Source of the DNA: an uncultured delta proteobacterium
GTDB taxonomy: Bacteria > Desulfobacterota > RBG-13-43-22
DNA length: 64,000 bases
NCBI GenBank assembly: GCA_963743305.1
Contig: CAVUPH010000032.1
Coordinates: 32,001 to 96,000, forward strand
Direction: 5' to 3'
This document shows positions 42,022 through 52,071 of the stretch, piece after piece (the stretch's first letter is position 1; every line of letters begins with the position of its first letter). The translations under genes and the position numbers were made by a program. The notes under the pieces were generated by a model. The model was not told the origin of the DNA. It worked only from the letters and a program-made list of their open reading frames with translations, and ran no database searches.

Positions 42022-43762
42022 TTAGAATGTGGCTTTAAGTGTGAGTGCAATGGTTCCACGATCCTTAAGCAAAGCATAATCGCCATTGTTGACGGTTACC
42101 GCCCCCGTCGGGTCCGTTGAGTAATTTCCAAAATAACCGTAATAGGCCAGATCGACGCGGTACCGCGACATGATGTCGGCCGATATGCCGACGCTAAAGT
42201 AGCCCGCGCCCTGGTTGATGCCGGCGACTGTAGCCGCGTTGCCGCCCAGGCCGGTTCCAAAGGTGAGTGGCATCAAGAGATCCACCGACGGGAAAACTTG
42301 AAACCAGGTAGGGATGAAGCTGACGATCAACCCCGAAGGCGTCTTTGTCCACGCGGTCAATGGCGGTGTAGTCGGAGCGGCCCTTGAAGACCGCTTCGTT
42401 CTGCGTCACCCGATTCCATCGACACCAACTAAATTCCGCCGTCCAGGTTGCCGTATCAAACACCGGCGTTTTATTGATCAGGCCCAGGAAATTCAGCACC
42501 CCGTGAAAGGTGTCACCCCTCGCCGCCGCGGTGTCGCCGGAATTGGGAAGGGCGGTAATATAACTTCCCGGAGCAAGCCCCAGCGCGGCGGCATTGCTGT
42601 TACTGGCCACGAGGACCGTGTCACTAACCAACGGCATATTGGTCCGGTAAGAAAGTTCCGCACCCACGCTGAGGCCCAGGATTTGCTTAGACAGACTTAT
42701 ACCGTACAGATTGATATTGTCGGCATAGGCGAAATTGAACTCGGCGGGCGAACCGTTTACCACAGGATTCAGATTCAGGAACGCCTGCGGCAACTTGTCG
42801 GACAAATTCCGGTAATAAAAACCGAGCGTCCCGTCAATCCATTCGGGGCTCCAGCGCGTAGCGATCCCCCAGTCTTTCGCTTCGGGTGGATTAATGTCGT
42901 TCCCTCTGCGGATGACCCCGAGATCTGGATCCAGGATTGATTGTGATCCGTTGAGAAAAAAATCGTAGATGCCCAGATACGAGCCGGCTTCCGGATAACG
43001 ACTGGGTTCCCATTGTAAGAAGTATTGTCCGGTAATCGAAAGCCCTTTGAGAGGCGCGACTGAAACCGAGACATTGTTCAGGGGACGGAACAACTCTTTT
43101 ATGCTGGTACCCGGCACGGCATACGCCTTAAAGTAATCAATCGGCGATTGCATGTAAGCGATGCTGTTTAGTCCTGCGGTCAACCCCAGGCTTTCTCCAA
43201 AGAAGAGTGTATACCGCCCGGCCTTGACCTGGACCGGTATGTCGGCAATGCTGAATCTGCCGAAGCCAAAGGCATCGAGAACTTCGCCGTTCGGTCCGGC
43301 ATAGTAGTATTTAACGTAATCACTCACACCGAGGGCCTGTTTTCCATTGTTTAAATGGTTCGAAGTGGCAACCGAATGGTTGTCAAAACTATCCTTCGCG
43401 TAAGCCTGGTCGTACCAGCCGGCCCAACTGACTCGAAATCCGAAATCCTTCTTAAAGGTAGCGTCAAACTCGGATAAAACGTCCAGTCGATTGGCCACAA
43501 TACCGTTGGCAAAGTTACGGTCTCCGTCATCGAGATTCGGATTGGAGAGGATCGCCTTGTCCTGGCTTCCGACCCTGTAGCCCAGGTTGTAACGAAATGT
43601 ATTATCCCAGTTTACCTTGAGGTCATCATTCCCCGTGTCGATTTTAAAGGCACTGGCGCCGCCACCTGCACCGAAAATGAACGCTACTACCAACCCAACC
43701 GCAAGAAAGCGTTTACCTCGATTTTCCAGCAGGCGTTTCCCCCCCATCATGGTTTTACCCAT
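42022..43762 (-). CDS. DUF1302 family outer-membrane protein (frameshift near 42330)
   Basis: Signal peptide, WDNTFRY, NLDDGDRNF, ELSYR.NMPL and C-terminal DRG...KATF beta-barrel end. Confidence 0.82.
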
Positions 43763-44052
43763 CGTTCAACCTCCTCTCCTAAATTTTATGCCCAGGGATT
43801 TCGGTATTGGTTGACATGACATTCCTGCCGCAAGAACGTATTCCAGATGATAACACGAGCGTTGAGAGCGTCTCCGCCTTGGACCACCGCACGATCCCGG
43901 AGAGCTGCCAGGTAAAAACACGGCCTTGTGGCATCACAAAACTGCGTGCTCGGGGTTCCTGTACGGCCCCGATTCTGACCTAAAAATACAAAACCTCCTT
44001 TCAATATATTGTCTTGTTTCAAAAGCACTTGCCCTAGCAGGATAAAGTTTTT

Positions 44053-44496
44053 TCATTTTTGCTGCTGACAAAATCCCTCCTGGCGACTTCTTACCAGATA
44101 AGAGCCAACGATCGCCTCAGCCTCAATTTCCACCAGATGGGCCGGACGGGCCAAGGCCGCAACCTCGGCCATGGTGATTACCGGTTTGATCTCCTTAAAG
44201 AATTCCGAATAGGCCTGCATATATTCAGCGGCCCGCTTGATGTCCGTCACATAAAGGCGCACCCTATAGACTTCCGAGAGCTGGGCCCCCGCCTTGATTA
44301 AAGCCATTTCAATTTTTTGGAAGATGATTTTGGTTTGCCGGTAAGCATCCCCCTCCGCCTCGACCACTCCCTCCGGATTGGTGGTGGTCGTACCGCCTAC
44401 AAAAACGAAGTTCCCGACCTTGACGGCCCGGCTGTAACCCGCCTTTTCTTCCAGAGGCGCGCCAGAAGAAAAGTTCTCTCTCTTCAGCAAATCCAT
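44053..44496 (-). CDS. Rid family protein, close paralog of 36551-36967
   Basis: Nearly identical N-terminus MDLLKRENFSSGAPLEEK and ALARPAHLVEIEAEA. Confidence 0.88.
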   Translation of the reverse strand: MDLLKRENFSSGAPLEEKAGYSRAVKVGNFVFVGGTTTTNPEGVVEAEGDAYRQTKIIFQKIEMALIKAGAQLSEVYRVRLYVTDIKRAAEYMQAYSEFFKEIKPVITMAEVAALARPAHLVEIEAEAIVGSYLVRSRQEGFCQQQK

Positions 44497-44585
44497 AGTC
44501 CGATCCTCTCGCTACTTAACCAGGGCAATCCTTAGTGAAAAAACGATCTTTAATCACTTGCAGCCGAAGCAGGCCTGATTTTTAA

Positions 44586-45653
44586 TCAAAATCCGTACCT
44601 TACATAATCATACTCGCAGGGGTTTCCATAGGCAATGTACATAGCATTGTCCTCAAGATCATAGATTACGGAGGCTACCGTCTTAAAGGGAATGGGCCCA
44701 TCTTGGTCCACATGCCTGCAAATCGCATTCGGGGCGTTGTTATGGTCTCTTAGAACAGCCATCATCGTTTCGGCGGTAATCGACCCGTATTGTCTTTTCA
44801 TAAGCCTATTGATCCGCTGAATACGAAGATAGCTATCCGCCGCCCCCAAGGCGTAGACCCAATCCCCTTTTTGAAATCTGGGAGTCAAATAATGGTTGGA
44901 GTGGACCAGGATATCCTCTTCCGGCTGAAGCACATTAAAATCGTCGGGGACTCCTTCTATCCCGATGATGTCCCCCTCCCGGCTGCCCAAACCATAATAC
45001 AGCAGGCCCCGTCCCGCTTCACAGAAAACCCCCAGGGCATCGCCGATATTTTTTTGCCGCATCGCTTTGTGGTTAACGAACCCACAAGGGATATTTAGGC
45101 GGTGTTGTTCCTGCGGAGCCAAGGTCAGGTTCATGACTAACCCCAGACCGGCTGAGCTTAACGTCCACTCCAGGACACCCCCGAAGGCCAGCGTCAATTG
45201 CTCCAAACCATTGGCGTGTTTTATTTTCAATAAATTCAAAGGAAAATCAGGGGACCAGTCTATGTTTTGTCCGAGTATCGTCTTCCCGCCAGGCGTCGCC
45301 GTGCCCGTAGCCAGAAAAGAAGTGCATAAGGCGGTTATCTGGTTGTAGTAATCGCCCAATTCAATCATACACCTCAGCGCGAAGACCTCCTCAAAGCTGA
45401 CCCCGGCGCCTTCGGCCTGGCCTTTCAACATCTCTATCATCGCTGGATCGAACTTCTCCACGGCCGGGAGAAATTTTTGCGCATTGGCGATTATCTGTTC
45501 CCGGCTGGCCTTATAAACAAACGTAAAGGCCTCCTCATGCATGGCAATGGACTTAACAATATTCTCTTTGGCGCCGGTCCCATACTGTTTGCCGATTTCG
45601 TAGGGTGTACCGCTACACTCGATCACGCTAAACTTCTTCTTATTTAAGGGCAT
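44586..45653 (-). CDS. C45 family autoproteolytic Ntn acyltransferase/hydrolase
   Basis: SGTPYEIGKQYG, cleavage-site CTS, GQNIDW, HSNHY, ICRH, GNPC. Confidence 0.88.
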   Translation of the reverse strand: MPLNKKKFSVIECSGTPYEIGKQYGTGAKENIVKSIAMHEEAFTFVYKASREQIIANAQKFLPAVEKFDPAMIEMLKGQAEGAGVSFEEVFALRCMIELGDYYNQITALCTSFLATGTATPGGKTILGQNIDWSPDFPLNLLKIKHANGLEQLTLAFGGVLEWTLSSAGLGLVMNLTLAPQEQHRLNIPCGFVNHKAMRQKNIGDALGVFCEAGRGLLYYGLGSREGDIIGIEGVPDDFNVLQPEEDILVHSNHYLTPRFQKGDWVYALGAADSYLRIQRINRLMKRQYGSITAETMMAVLRDHNNAPNAICRHVDQDGPIPFKTVASVIYDLEDNAMYIAYGNPCEYDYVRYGF

Positions 45654-45830
45654 GACTTATCTCTCCTTCTCAGGCGCATCGTCAAATTCCGTTACCTGAA
45701 TTTAGCGGTTCATTCCCATCGCAAAAATCCCTAGCCATCTTTTATAATCACTCACCTCCTTATTTTGAGCCAGTTCCAGAGGCTCGACCCGGGGTATTCT
45801 CGCAACCCCAGGGGCCATTTCCGAATATCC

Positions 45831-47273
45831 CTATTCCCCTTGGACCAGACCAGCCACAATCGCACCCGTCCTCTCCAACTCTTCTTTCGACCTCGTTCGC
45901 TGCAGATGTGCGCCACTGATGAAGAAACCCAGCGCTATGATTAGGACAACGATCAAATCAAAGATCTCCGGGATATGGGGGGGAAAAAACATTCCTATGA
46001 GGACAAATAATATGGAGCAGGCTCCCAAACCTGGCACAACGCCATGCTTCCACAGGCTATACTCTCCGGGCTGTTTCCTTCGGTAATAAAAAGTCGAACA
46101 TACGCAGGCTATGCCGTAGCAGGCCAGAGCAGCAGCCATAGCGATGATCACCCCTACGGCCAAGCACCACTGCAACGGGCCGTTATCCCCCCCCCACAGG
46201 AGGGAACCTGGTATCATCGTGATCAGACCAAACGCGTACACCGTCAAAATCGCTACCCAGGGGGTCCTGAACCTCGAATGAAGTCTGCCAAATACCCGTG
46301 GAAGTATCCCCGCTCGTCCCATGGAATATAAAATTCGGGCCACTCCCATCATGCCCGCCGAGGCCGGCCCGATCGTGCCCAGAGTCACTACCCCGATTAA
46401 AAGGACAAAGCCGGGGAAGCCCCAAAATTTCTTGCTGAGCGTCACTATAACCGGGTCTTCTATGGTCCAGCCCCTCATTTCGTTCCAGAAGCCATAGATA
46501 GTCATGGTAGTGTAGATAACATAGAAAATAGTACCAATGATAATAGATACAACGAGGCCGAAGCCCACCCCCTTCAGGGGATCCTTGGCTTCCTCACCCA
46601 TGGCGGCTACAGCCTCAAAGCCGACAAAAACGACTGTGCCCCATAACAATCCGTAGGCAGCGCCGCTAACCCCTTTCAACCCTTCAAGTTTTCCCATGAG
46701 CGGGAGGAGACTGGTTCCTTCCATCGCTCCGCCGTGGAAGGGTCCGTTAGTCATAACATAGGCCGCCAGGGCGAGCACACAAGCAATCTGGAACAAAGCG
46801 GAGTAAAATAAAAACCTAAAACTCGCCGCAACTCCTATCCAAGCAAGAAAAGCCACAAAAGCAAAACCTACTGTAAAAATAATCCACCAGGGGACATAAA
46901 TACCGCACTCGGCCAGGAGCCACCACAGGAACCAGTACCCTAAACCGGTTGCCCCTGCCGAAAGAAAGGCCCACATGGTAAAGCTTAGTCCGGCAACAAC
47001 CCAGCCCACTCTGAATCCAATAGCATTGATGGCAAAGGTATAGAAAGATCCGGCAGAGGGGAGTTTCCTGGTAAGCTGAGACATGCTGTAGGCTACGATG
47101 AGCATCATGATGCCGGAGAGGACCATGGTGACCGGTGTCAAAACCCCGGTGAAGTAGATTACAGAACCAATGGCGACCGCCGCCCCAGCACCGGGGGTAT
47201 AAAAAGAAACTCCTGCCCAGGCCAGCATCCACTTGCCTAAAGCCCTGGATTCTAGCCTGTTCAACTTCTTCAT
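45831..47273 (-). CDS. APC family amino acid/amine permease
   Basis: LPSAGSFYTF, FVGFEAVAAMGEEAKDP, ARILYSMGRAG..LHSRFRTP. GGAGG RBS before MKKLN. Confidence 0.88.
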   Translation of the reverse strand: MKKLNRLESRALGKWMLAWAGVSFYTPGAGAAVAIGSVIYFTGVLTPVTMVLSGIMMLIVAYSMSQLTRKLPSAGSFYTFAINAIGFRVGWVVAGLSFTMWAFLSAGATGLGYWFLWWLLAECGIYVPWWIIFTVGFAFVAFLAWIGVAASFRFLFYSALFQIACVLALAAYVMTNGPFHGGAMEGTSLLPLMGKLEGLKGVSGAAYGLLWGTVVFVGFEAVAAMGEEAKDPLKGVGFGLVVSIIIGTIFYVIYTTMTIYGFWNEMRGWTIEDPVIVTLSKKFWGFPGFVLLIGVVTLGTIGPASAGMMGVARILYSMGRAGILPRVFGRLHSRFRTPWVAILTVYAFGLITMIPGSLLWGGDNGPLQWCLAVGVIIAMAAALACYGIACVCSTFYYRRKQPGEYSLWKHGVVPGLGACSILFVLIGMFFPPHIPEIFDLIVVLIIALGFFISGAHLQRTRSKEELERTGAIVAGLVQGE

Positions 47274-47403
47274 CCATTTAACCCCTCCTCTAAAAATCGC
47301 GGTGGGCCTATAAGCCTTCAACCGGACAATCTGTGGGCCGGAGCAAAAGCCGTATCCTAACCCCTGCGCAAACCCTATTTCATTAGTCTGCCCCTGCGCC
47401 AAG

Positions 47404-48831
47404 TTACGCGCCATAGCGGTACCGGTAATCATCCGTCAGCACACAGCGTCGGACCCGGGTGAAGGTCCGGGGACGGGTCAGACCCTCCCCGCCGGTGGCC
47501 ACATGGAGGGACTTGAAACCCTCCCCGTCCACACCGATCCCGGCCACGGAGGCGCCGTTTTTCACCAGTTGTGAGGCGTCGGCCCGGCTGGCCAGGCGGG
47601 CCATATTGGCCAGGCTGTTGGAGTGAAAAACGATGGTGTGACGCATCCCCTGCTCCGCGGCAATCCCCAGGGTCAGGGCTTCTTCAAAGTCCCGGCAGCG
47701 GACCAGCGGCAGGATGGGCATGATCTGCTCCGTCCAGATGAGGGGGTGTTCGGCGTCGGTCTCCAGGATGGCGATCCGGGTCTCGGACGGAATGGTCAGT
47801 CCGATGGTCCGCTGGAGGATCTCGGCCACCGGCCGGCCGATATAGTCCATGTTGATGACGCTCTGGACCCTCCCGGGACGGATCTCCTTGAAGATCACCG
47901 GCACCAGGGCCCGCCCCTGTTCGGCGGTAAGTTCAAAGGCCCCGTGCTGTTTCAACCGCTCTTTGAGCCGGTCGGCGGCCGAGGCCACCACGAAGATCTC
48001 CTTTTCGCTGGAACAGGGGGTGCAGTTGCTCAACGAGGCGCCCCGAATGATGCAGCGGGCGGCCCGGTCCAGGTCGGCCGTCTCGTCCACGATGACCGGG
48101 GGATTGCCGGGTCCCCCGGAGATGACCCGTTTTCCGGTCTGGGCCGCAAATTCCACGACCCGGTGTCCGCCGGTAACCGCGATCATGTCCACCAGGGGAT
48201 GGGTCATCAGCATCTGGGCCGTGGGGATCGAGGGTTCCGCCACCGTGGTCAGGCAGTCCGGCGGGCCTCCGGCGGCGACGATGGCCCGATTCAGGTCCCG
48301 GACCACCCGGGCCGAGATCTCCTTGGTCTTGGGATGGGGGTTGAAAACAACAGAATTCCCGCCGGCCAGCATGAGGATGCTGTTGTGGAGGATGCCGGGG
48401 GCGGCGTTGGTGACGGCGTTGACCGAAGCGATGACCCCGACCGGAATCCTTTCCAGCAGCGTGGTCCCCCGATCGCCGCTGAACACTTCGGGGGCCAGAT
48501 CCTCCAGGCCGGGGGCCTGACAGGCCACCTCGATCTTCAACATGGTGCCTTCCACGGCCCCCAATTCGGCTTCGGCCAATTCGAGTTCGCCGTAGGTCCG
48601 CCGGTTGGCCAACCCCACCTGCCTGATGATTTGAATTATTTTTTCCCGCAGTTCCAGGGAAAGCCCGACCAGTGCCGCCTGGGCCTTGACCGCCGCCTGA
48701 ATGGCCTCTTCCATGGTCCCGTACACCCCCCAGGCGGTCTCCGCGGCTGAAGACGTCTGTCCCGAACCGGCGGCCGGGTTCATTTCCGACCAGATCAGGG
48801 AAACGATCCGTTCAATCTGATTTTTATCCAT
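47404..48831 (-). CDS. BMC-type CoA-acylating aldehyde dehydrogenase (EutE/PduP-like) with N-terminal encapsulation peptide
   Basis: EP-like DKNQIERIVSLIWSEM, GD.G.TL.E.IPVGVI, NPHP, VTGG, GPGNPP, C..EKE, EQIMP, HT, GEG. Confidence 0.88.
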   Translation of the reverse strand: MDKNQIERIVSLIWSEMNPAAGSGQTSSAAETAWGVYGTMEEAIQAAVKAQAALVGLSLELREKIIQIIRQVGLANRRTYGELELAEAELGAVEGTMLKIEVACQAPGLEDLAPEVFSGDRGTTLLERIPVGVIASVNAVTNAAPGILHNSILMLAGGNSVVFNPHPKTKEISARVVRDLNRAIVAAGGPPDCLTTVAEPSIPTAQMLMTHPLVDMIAVTGGHRVVEFAAQTGKRVISGGPGNPPVIVDETADLDRAARCIIRGASLSNCTPCSSEKEIFVVASAADRLKERLKQHGAFELTAEQGRALVPVIFKEIRPGRVQSVINMDYIGRPVAEILQRTIGLTIPSETRIAILETDAEHPLIWTEQIMPILPLVRCRDFEEALTLGIAAEQGMRHTIVFHSNSLANMARLASRADASQLVKNGASVAGIGVDGEGFKSLHVATGGEGLTRPRTFTRVRRCVLTDDYRYRYGA

Positions 48832-48867
48832 GGCTATTCCAGTCCCCAATTATCCGTTTGATCCGGC

Positions 48868-50322
48868 TCAAGCCGTAAGACCATAGCGGTAGCGAAAGTC
48901 ATCGGTCAGGACACAGCGCCGCACCAGGGTGAAGACCCGGGGCCGGGTGTGCCCTTCGCCGTTGGTGGCGATGTGAAAGGAGACGAACCCCTCCCCGGCG
49001 ACGCCGACGCTGGCCAGTCCGCAGGAGCCGTTTTTGACGAAGGCCGCGCACTTGGCGCGTGCGGCCATTTTTCGAATGGTCTCCAGGTTGTTGGAGTGGA
49101 TGGCCATGGTGTGGCCGTTGCCCTGTTCCGCGGCGATGGCCCGGTCGATGGCCTCCCCCGCGTCCCGGCAGCGAACCAGGGGGATGACCGGCATGATCTG
49201 CTCGGTCCAGACCAGGGGGTGATCGGGCCCCGTTTCCAGGATCACGATCTTGGCCTCCGGACCCACCGTCAGGCCGATGGCCTGGAGGATGAAGGAAGGT
49301 GGCTTGCCGATGTACTCCATGTTGATCACCCCCGGCCGGCCGGGCTCCCGGATTTCTTTGAAGATACGCGGGAGCAGTTCCTGCCCCTGCGGTACGGTGA
49401 TTTCATAGGCCCCGTACCGCTTCAACAGTTCCTTGAAGCGGTCGGCCACGGCGTCCACCACAAAAAGCTCCTTCTCGCTGGCGCAGGCCATGCAGTTCGA
49501 GAAGGAGGCCCCTTCGATCACACAGCGGGCGGCCCGGTCCAGATCGGCTGTTTCGTCGACCACCACCGGCGGGTTGCCGGGGCCGCCGGCGATCAGCCGC
49601 TTACCGGTCTGGGCGGCAAAAGCCACCACCCCGTGCCCGCCGGTGACGGCGATCAGCCGGATCAGGGGATGGGTCATGAGCTGCTGGGCCGAAGGCACCG
49701 AGGGTTCCTCCAGGCAACAGATGCAGTTGGCCGGCCCCCCGGCCTCCTGGATGGCCCGATTTAGGTCCCGCACCACCCGGGCCGCCACGTTCCTGGTCTT
49801 GGGGTGGGGGTTGTTGACCACCGTGTTTCCCCCGGCCAGCATCATGATGGCGTTGAACAGGATGGTGGGAGCACCGTTGGTCACCGGGTTCACCGAGGCG
49901 ATGACTCCCACCGGGATCCTTTCGATGATGGTTACACCCTTGTCTCCGGCGAAGACCTCCGGGATCAGGTCCTCCATCCCCAGGACCTCACAGGCGGAAA
50001 GATTTTTTTTGATATTGTCTTCCGCAGAACCTAAGCCGGTCTCCAAATATTCCATTTGCCCGTAGGTTTCGGCCCCGGTCCGCCCGACCCGGCGTATAAC
50101 CTGCAGGATTTCCTCCCGCTTCCGCAGCGGCAAGGCCATCAATTCTTTTTGCGCCCGGGCCGCCGCTTGAATACAGCTTTCAATGTCCGGAAAGACCCCG
50201 TCTCTTGCCGCCAAGGGGAACGATTCCGGAGCAGATTCTTCGGATACCTCGAACCCCTCGCTTTCCAGGCGACGAATGACCCGGGAAACGATCTGTTCAA
50301 GCCGCTCTTTAGCTAAAGCCAT
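48868..50322 (-). CDS. BMC-type CoA-acylating aldehyde dehydrogenase, second paralog, with encapsulation peptide
   Basis: EP-like KERLEQIVSRVIRRLE, DGVFPD, PVTN, GPGNPP, SFSNCMACASEKE, GHTMAIHS. Confidence 0.9.
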   Translation of the reverse strand: MALAKERLEQIVSRVIRRLESEGFEVSEESAPESFPLAARDGVFPDIESCIQAAARAQKELMALPLRKREEILQVIRRVGRTGAETYGQMEYLETGLGSAEDNIKKNLSACEVLGMEDLIPEVFAGDKGVTIIERIPVGVIASVNPVTNGAPTILFNAIMMLAGGNTVVNNPHPKTRNVAARVVRDLNRAIQEAGGPANCICCLEEPSVPSAQQLMTHPLIRLIAVTGGHGVVAFAAQTGKRLIAGGPGNPPVVVDETADLDRAARCVIEGASFSNCMACASEKELFVVDAVADRFKELLKRYGAYEITVPQGQELLPRIFKEIREPGRPGVINMEYIGKPPSFILQAIGLTVGPEAKIVILETGPDHPLVWTEQIMPVIPLVRCRDAGEAIDRAIAAEQGNGHTMAIHSNNLETIRKMAARAKCAAFVKNGSCGLASVGVAGEGFVSFHIATNGEGHTRPRVFTLVRRCVLTDDFRYRYGLTA

Positions 50323-50427
50323 CTTTGGTGGATACCCTCCTTGTGTTCAGGCATTGGTCCCATTTTCCAGCAGGGCCTTGGCCCTCGTCGGTTGTTTGCC
50401 GAAATCTCAGGCCGATATTTTAGATAT

Positions 50428-51426
50428 CTAGTTTTTACCTAAACCGGGCTTACTTCTCTTCTTTTTATCCTCCCCCCGTGAGAAACCTTCCCCGGCAGAT
50501 AGCAGGGTATAATATTTCGCCTCCAGTGGGTTGCCGGTTATGGGGGAATCAGTATCCAGTGAATAAAAAACCGGCCGCTTTCTTATTCCATCCTCAATCT
50601 GGCTCAGACGTTTCAAGGTAGCCGTTTTGTCCACGAAGGCAATCTCGTGGATTAAAGCCCCCAACAGGGTCAGGATATGGGAAAAAGGATCTACAAAAGA
50701 CAATCCCTCCACATCCACGATGAGGTATTGGTCGGAAAGGGGAATAATCGGCGATTTGGGGGTATCGCTGATCCCAACGACAAAGGCACGACACTTTTTG
50801 GCGAATTCGATCAACTCGATGGCCTGATTGGCATAGCGGGGGAAAGCGAAGACCACTAGAAGCAGGGAAGAACCATGGAGGGCAATATGGTCGAAGTTCT
50901 CCCAGGAAAGCTGGGTATCCAGACGCACTCCCGGTCGGATCTTTTTCAGGAGAAAGCCAAAATAGGAAGCCAGAACGGAGGAAGCCCGGTAGCCGGCTAC
51001 GAGAACGCGTTCACTCCGGAAAATCTTGCGGGCCAGATTTTTAATTTCCTGTTCCGAAATGGAATGAATCATATGTTCCAGATTCCGCAGGGTGTTTTGA
51101 TGATAGGCCTTCATGGGAGTCAGATTGTCGGTCCGTTTGGTGGACTTCAACATACGCTCCACACTGGTCAATTCAATATGGAGCAGCCCCTTAACGTAGA
51201 CTTCAAATTCCTCATACCCGGAAAATCCGAGATCCAGAACAAAGCGAGTGACGGTAGGTTCGCTCACCCGGCATTCCCTAGCGATTTCTTTGGCTTTGAT
51301 CAAAAAAAGCTTTTTATAATCGTTGATGATGAAATCCGCGATCCGTTTCTTCTTAGGCGACAGTCCGGGATAAATATTGATGATGCGATCGAAGAGTTCT
51401 TTTTTTGCAGAATTGGTTTTCATCAA
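50428..51426 (-). CDS. MurR/RpiR family transcriptional regulator
   Basis: LSPKKKRIADFI..VSEPTVTRF..LGFSGY HTH, and SIS domain G.R.S, FPRY, ISD..SP. Confidence 0.9.
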   Translation of the reverse strand: MMKTNSAKKELFDRIINIYPGLSPKKKRIADFIINDYKKLFLIKAKEIARECRVSEPTVTRFVLDLGFSGYEEFEVYVKGLLHIELTSVERMLKSTKRTDNLTPMKAYHQNTLRNLEHMIHSISEQEIKNLARKIFRSERVLVAGYRASSVLASYFGFLLKKIRPGVRLDTQLSWENFDHIALHGSSLLLVVFAFPRYANQAIELIEFAKKCRAFVVGISDTPKSPIIPLSDQYLIVDVEGLSFVDPFSHILTLLGALIHEIAFVDKTATLKRLSQIEDGIRKRPVFYSLDTDSPITGNPLEAKYYTLLSAGEGFSRGEDKKKRSKPGLGKN

Positions 51427-51443
51427 AGATTCGGGGAAAAGGG

Positions 51444-52061
51444 TTAGTGGTCCCGACCCACCAAGGTGGCCAGAGCTTCCTCGGCGGCTGCCTTCGCGGC
51501 CTGAATGTTGGAGAGGGTTCCGGATAGATAGACCCGTCCGCTGGCTCCGAAGACGCTGGCATGAACCAGTTTGATATCCGCCGCCTTCTCCGCCTCATTG
51601 GCCGCGAATCCGGCATAGCCGGCCGGCACGACTTCAAGGATATACAGGGCGTCATCGGCCAAAATCATGTTGGCGTCCCGAAACCGGTTGACGATGGGGG
51701 TCATGAAAGGGTCGATCCGATCGATGGTTTCGGCCGCCAGTATCTTGGGCTTCAACCGGTCGGTCTCCTTCATTCCCAGATAATTCAAAACCACCTCCCC
51801 GGCTTCCCGGACATCGGCCGGAGAATCTCCGTGGACTTCCAGCATGCCATAGGTCCGTTCCACCACCATGGCCCCCGGTCGAACCTTGGCCTTTTTAAGC
51901 ACCACATCTGTCAGGGAATTGATCTCGATCCCCGGGGCAATTTCCAGAAAAAGACCCGATTGACCGGCGACCGGGTAGTAGCCTCGCGCCGTGCTGCTGA
52001 TGTAACCGACGAATTGCTTCTGCAGTTGATCAATAAAGGCAAAGGCTCGCAGTTCAATCAT
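51444..52061 (-). CDS. BMC-T shell protein, permuted stacked-trimer type
   Basis: IELRAFAFIDQLQ, LEIAPG, VVER.YG.LE.H, LE..PAGYA..AANEAEKAA, FGASGR.YL.G. Confidence 0.9.
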   Translation of the reverse strand: MIELRAFAFIDQLQKQFVGYISSTARGYYPVAGQSGLFLEIAPGIEINSLTDVVLKKAKVRPGAMVVERTYGMLEVHGDSPADVREAGEVVLNYLGMKETDRLKPKILAAETIDRIDPFMTPIVNRFRDANMILADDALYILEVVPAGYAGFAANEAEKAADIKLVHASVFGASGRVYLSGTLSNIQAAKAAAEEALATLVGRDH

Positions 52062-52071
52062 GGGAGCTCCT

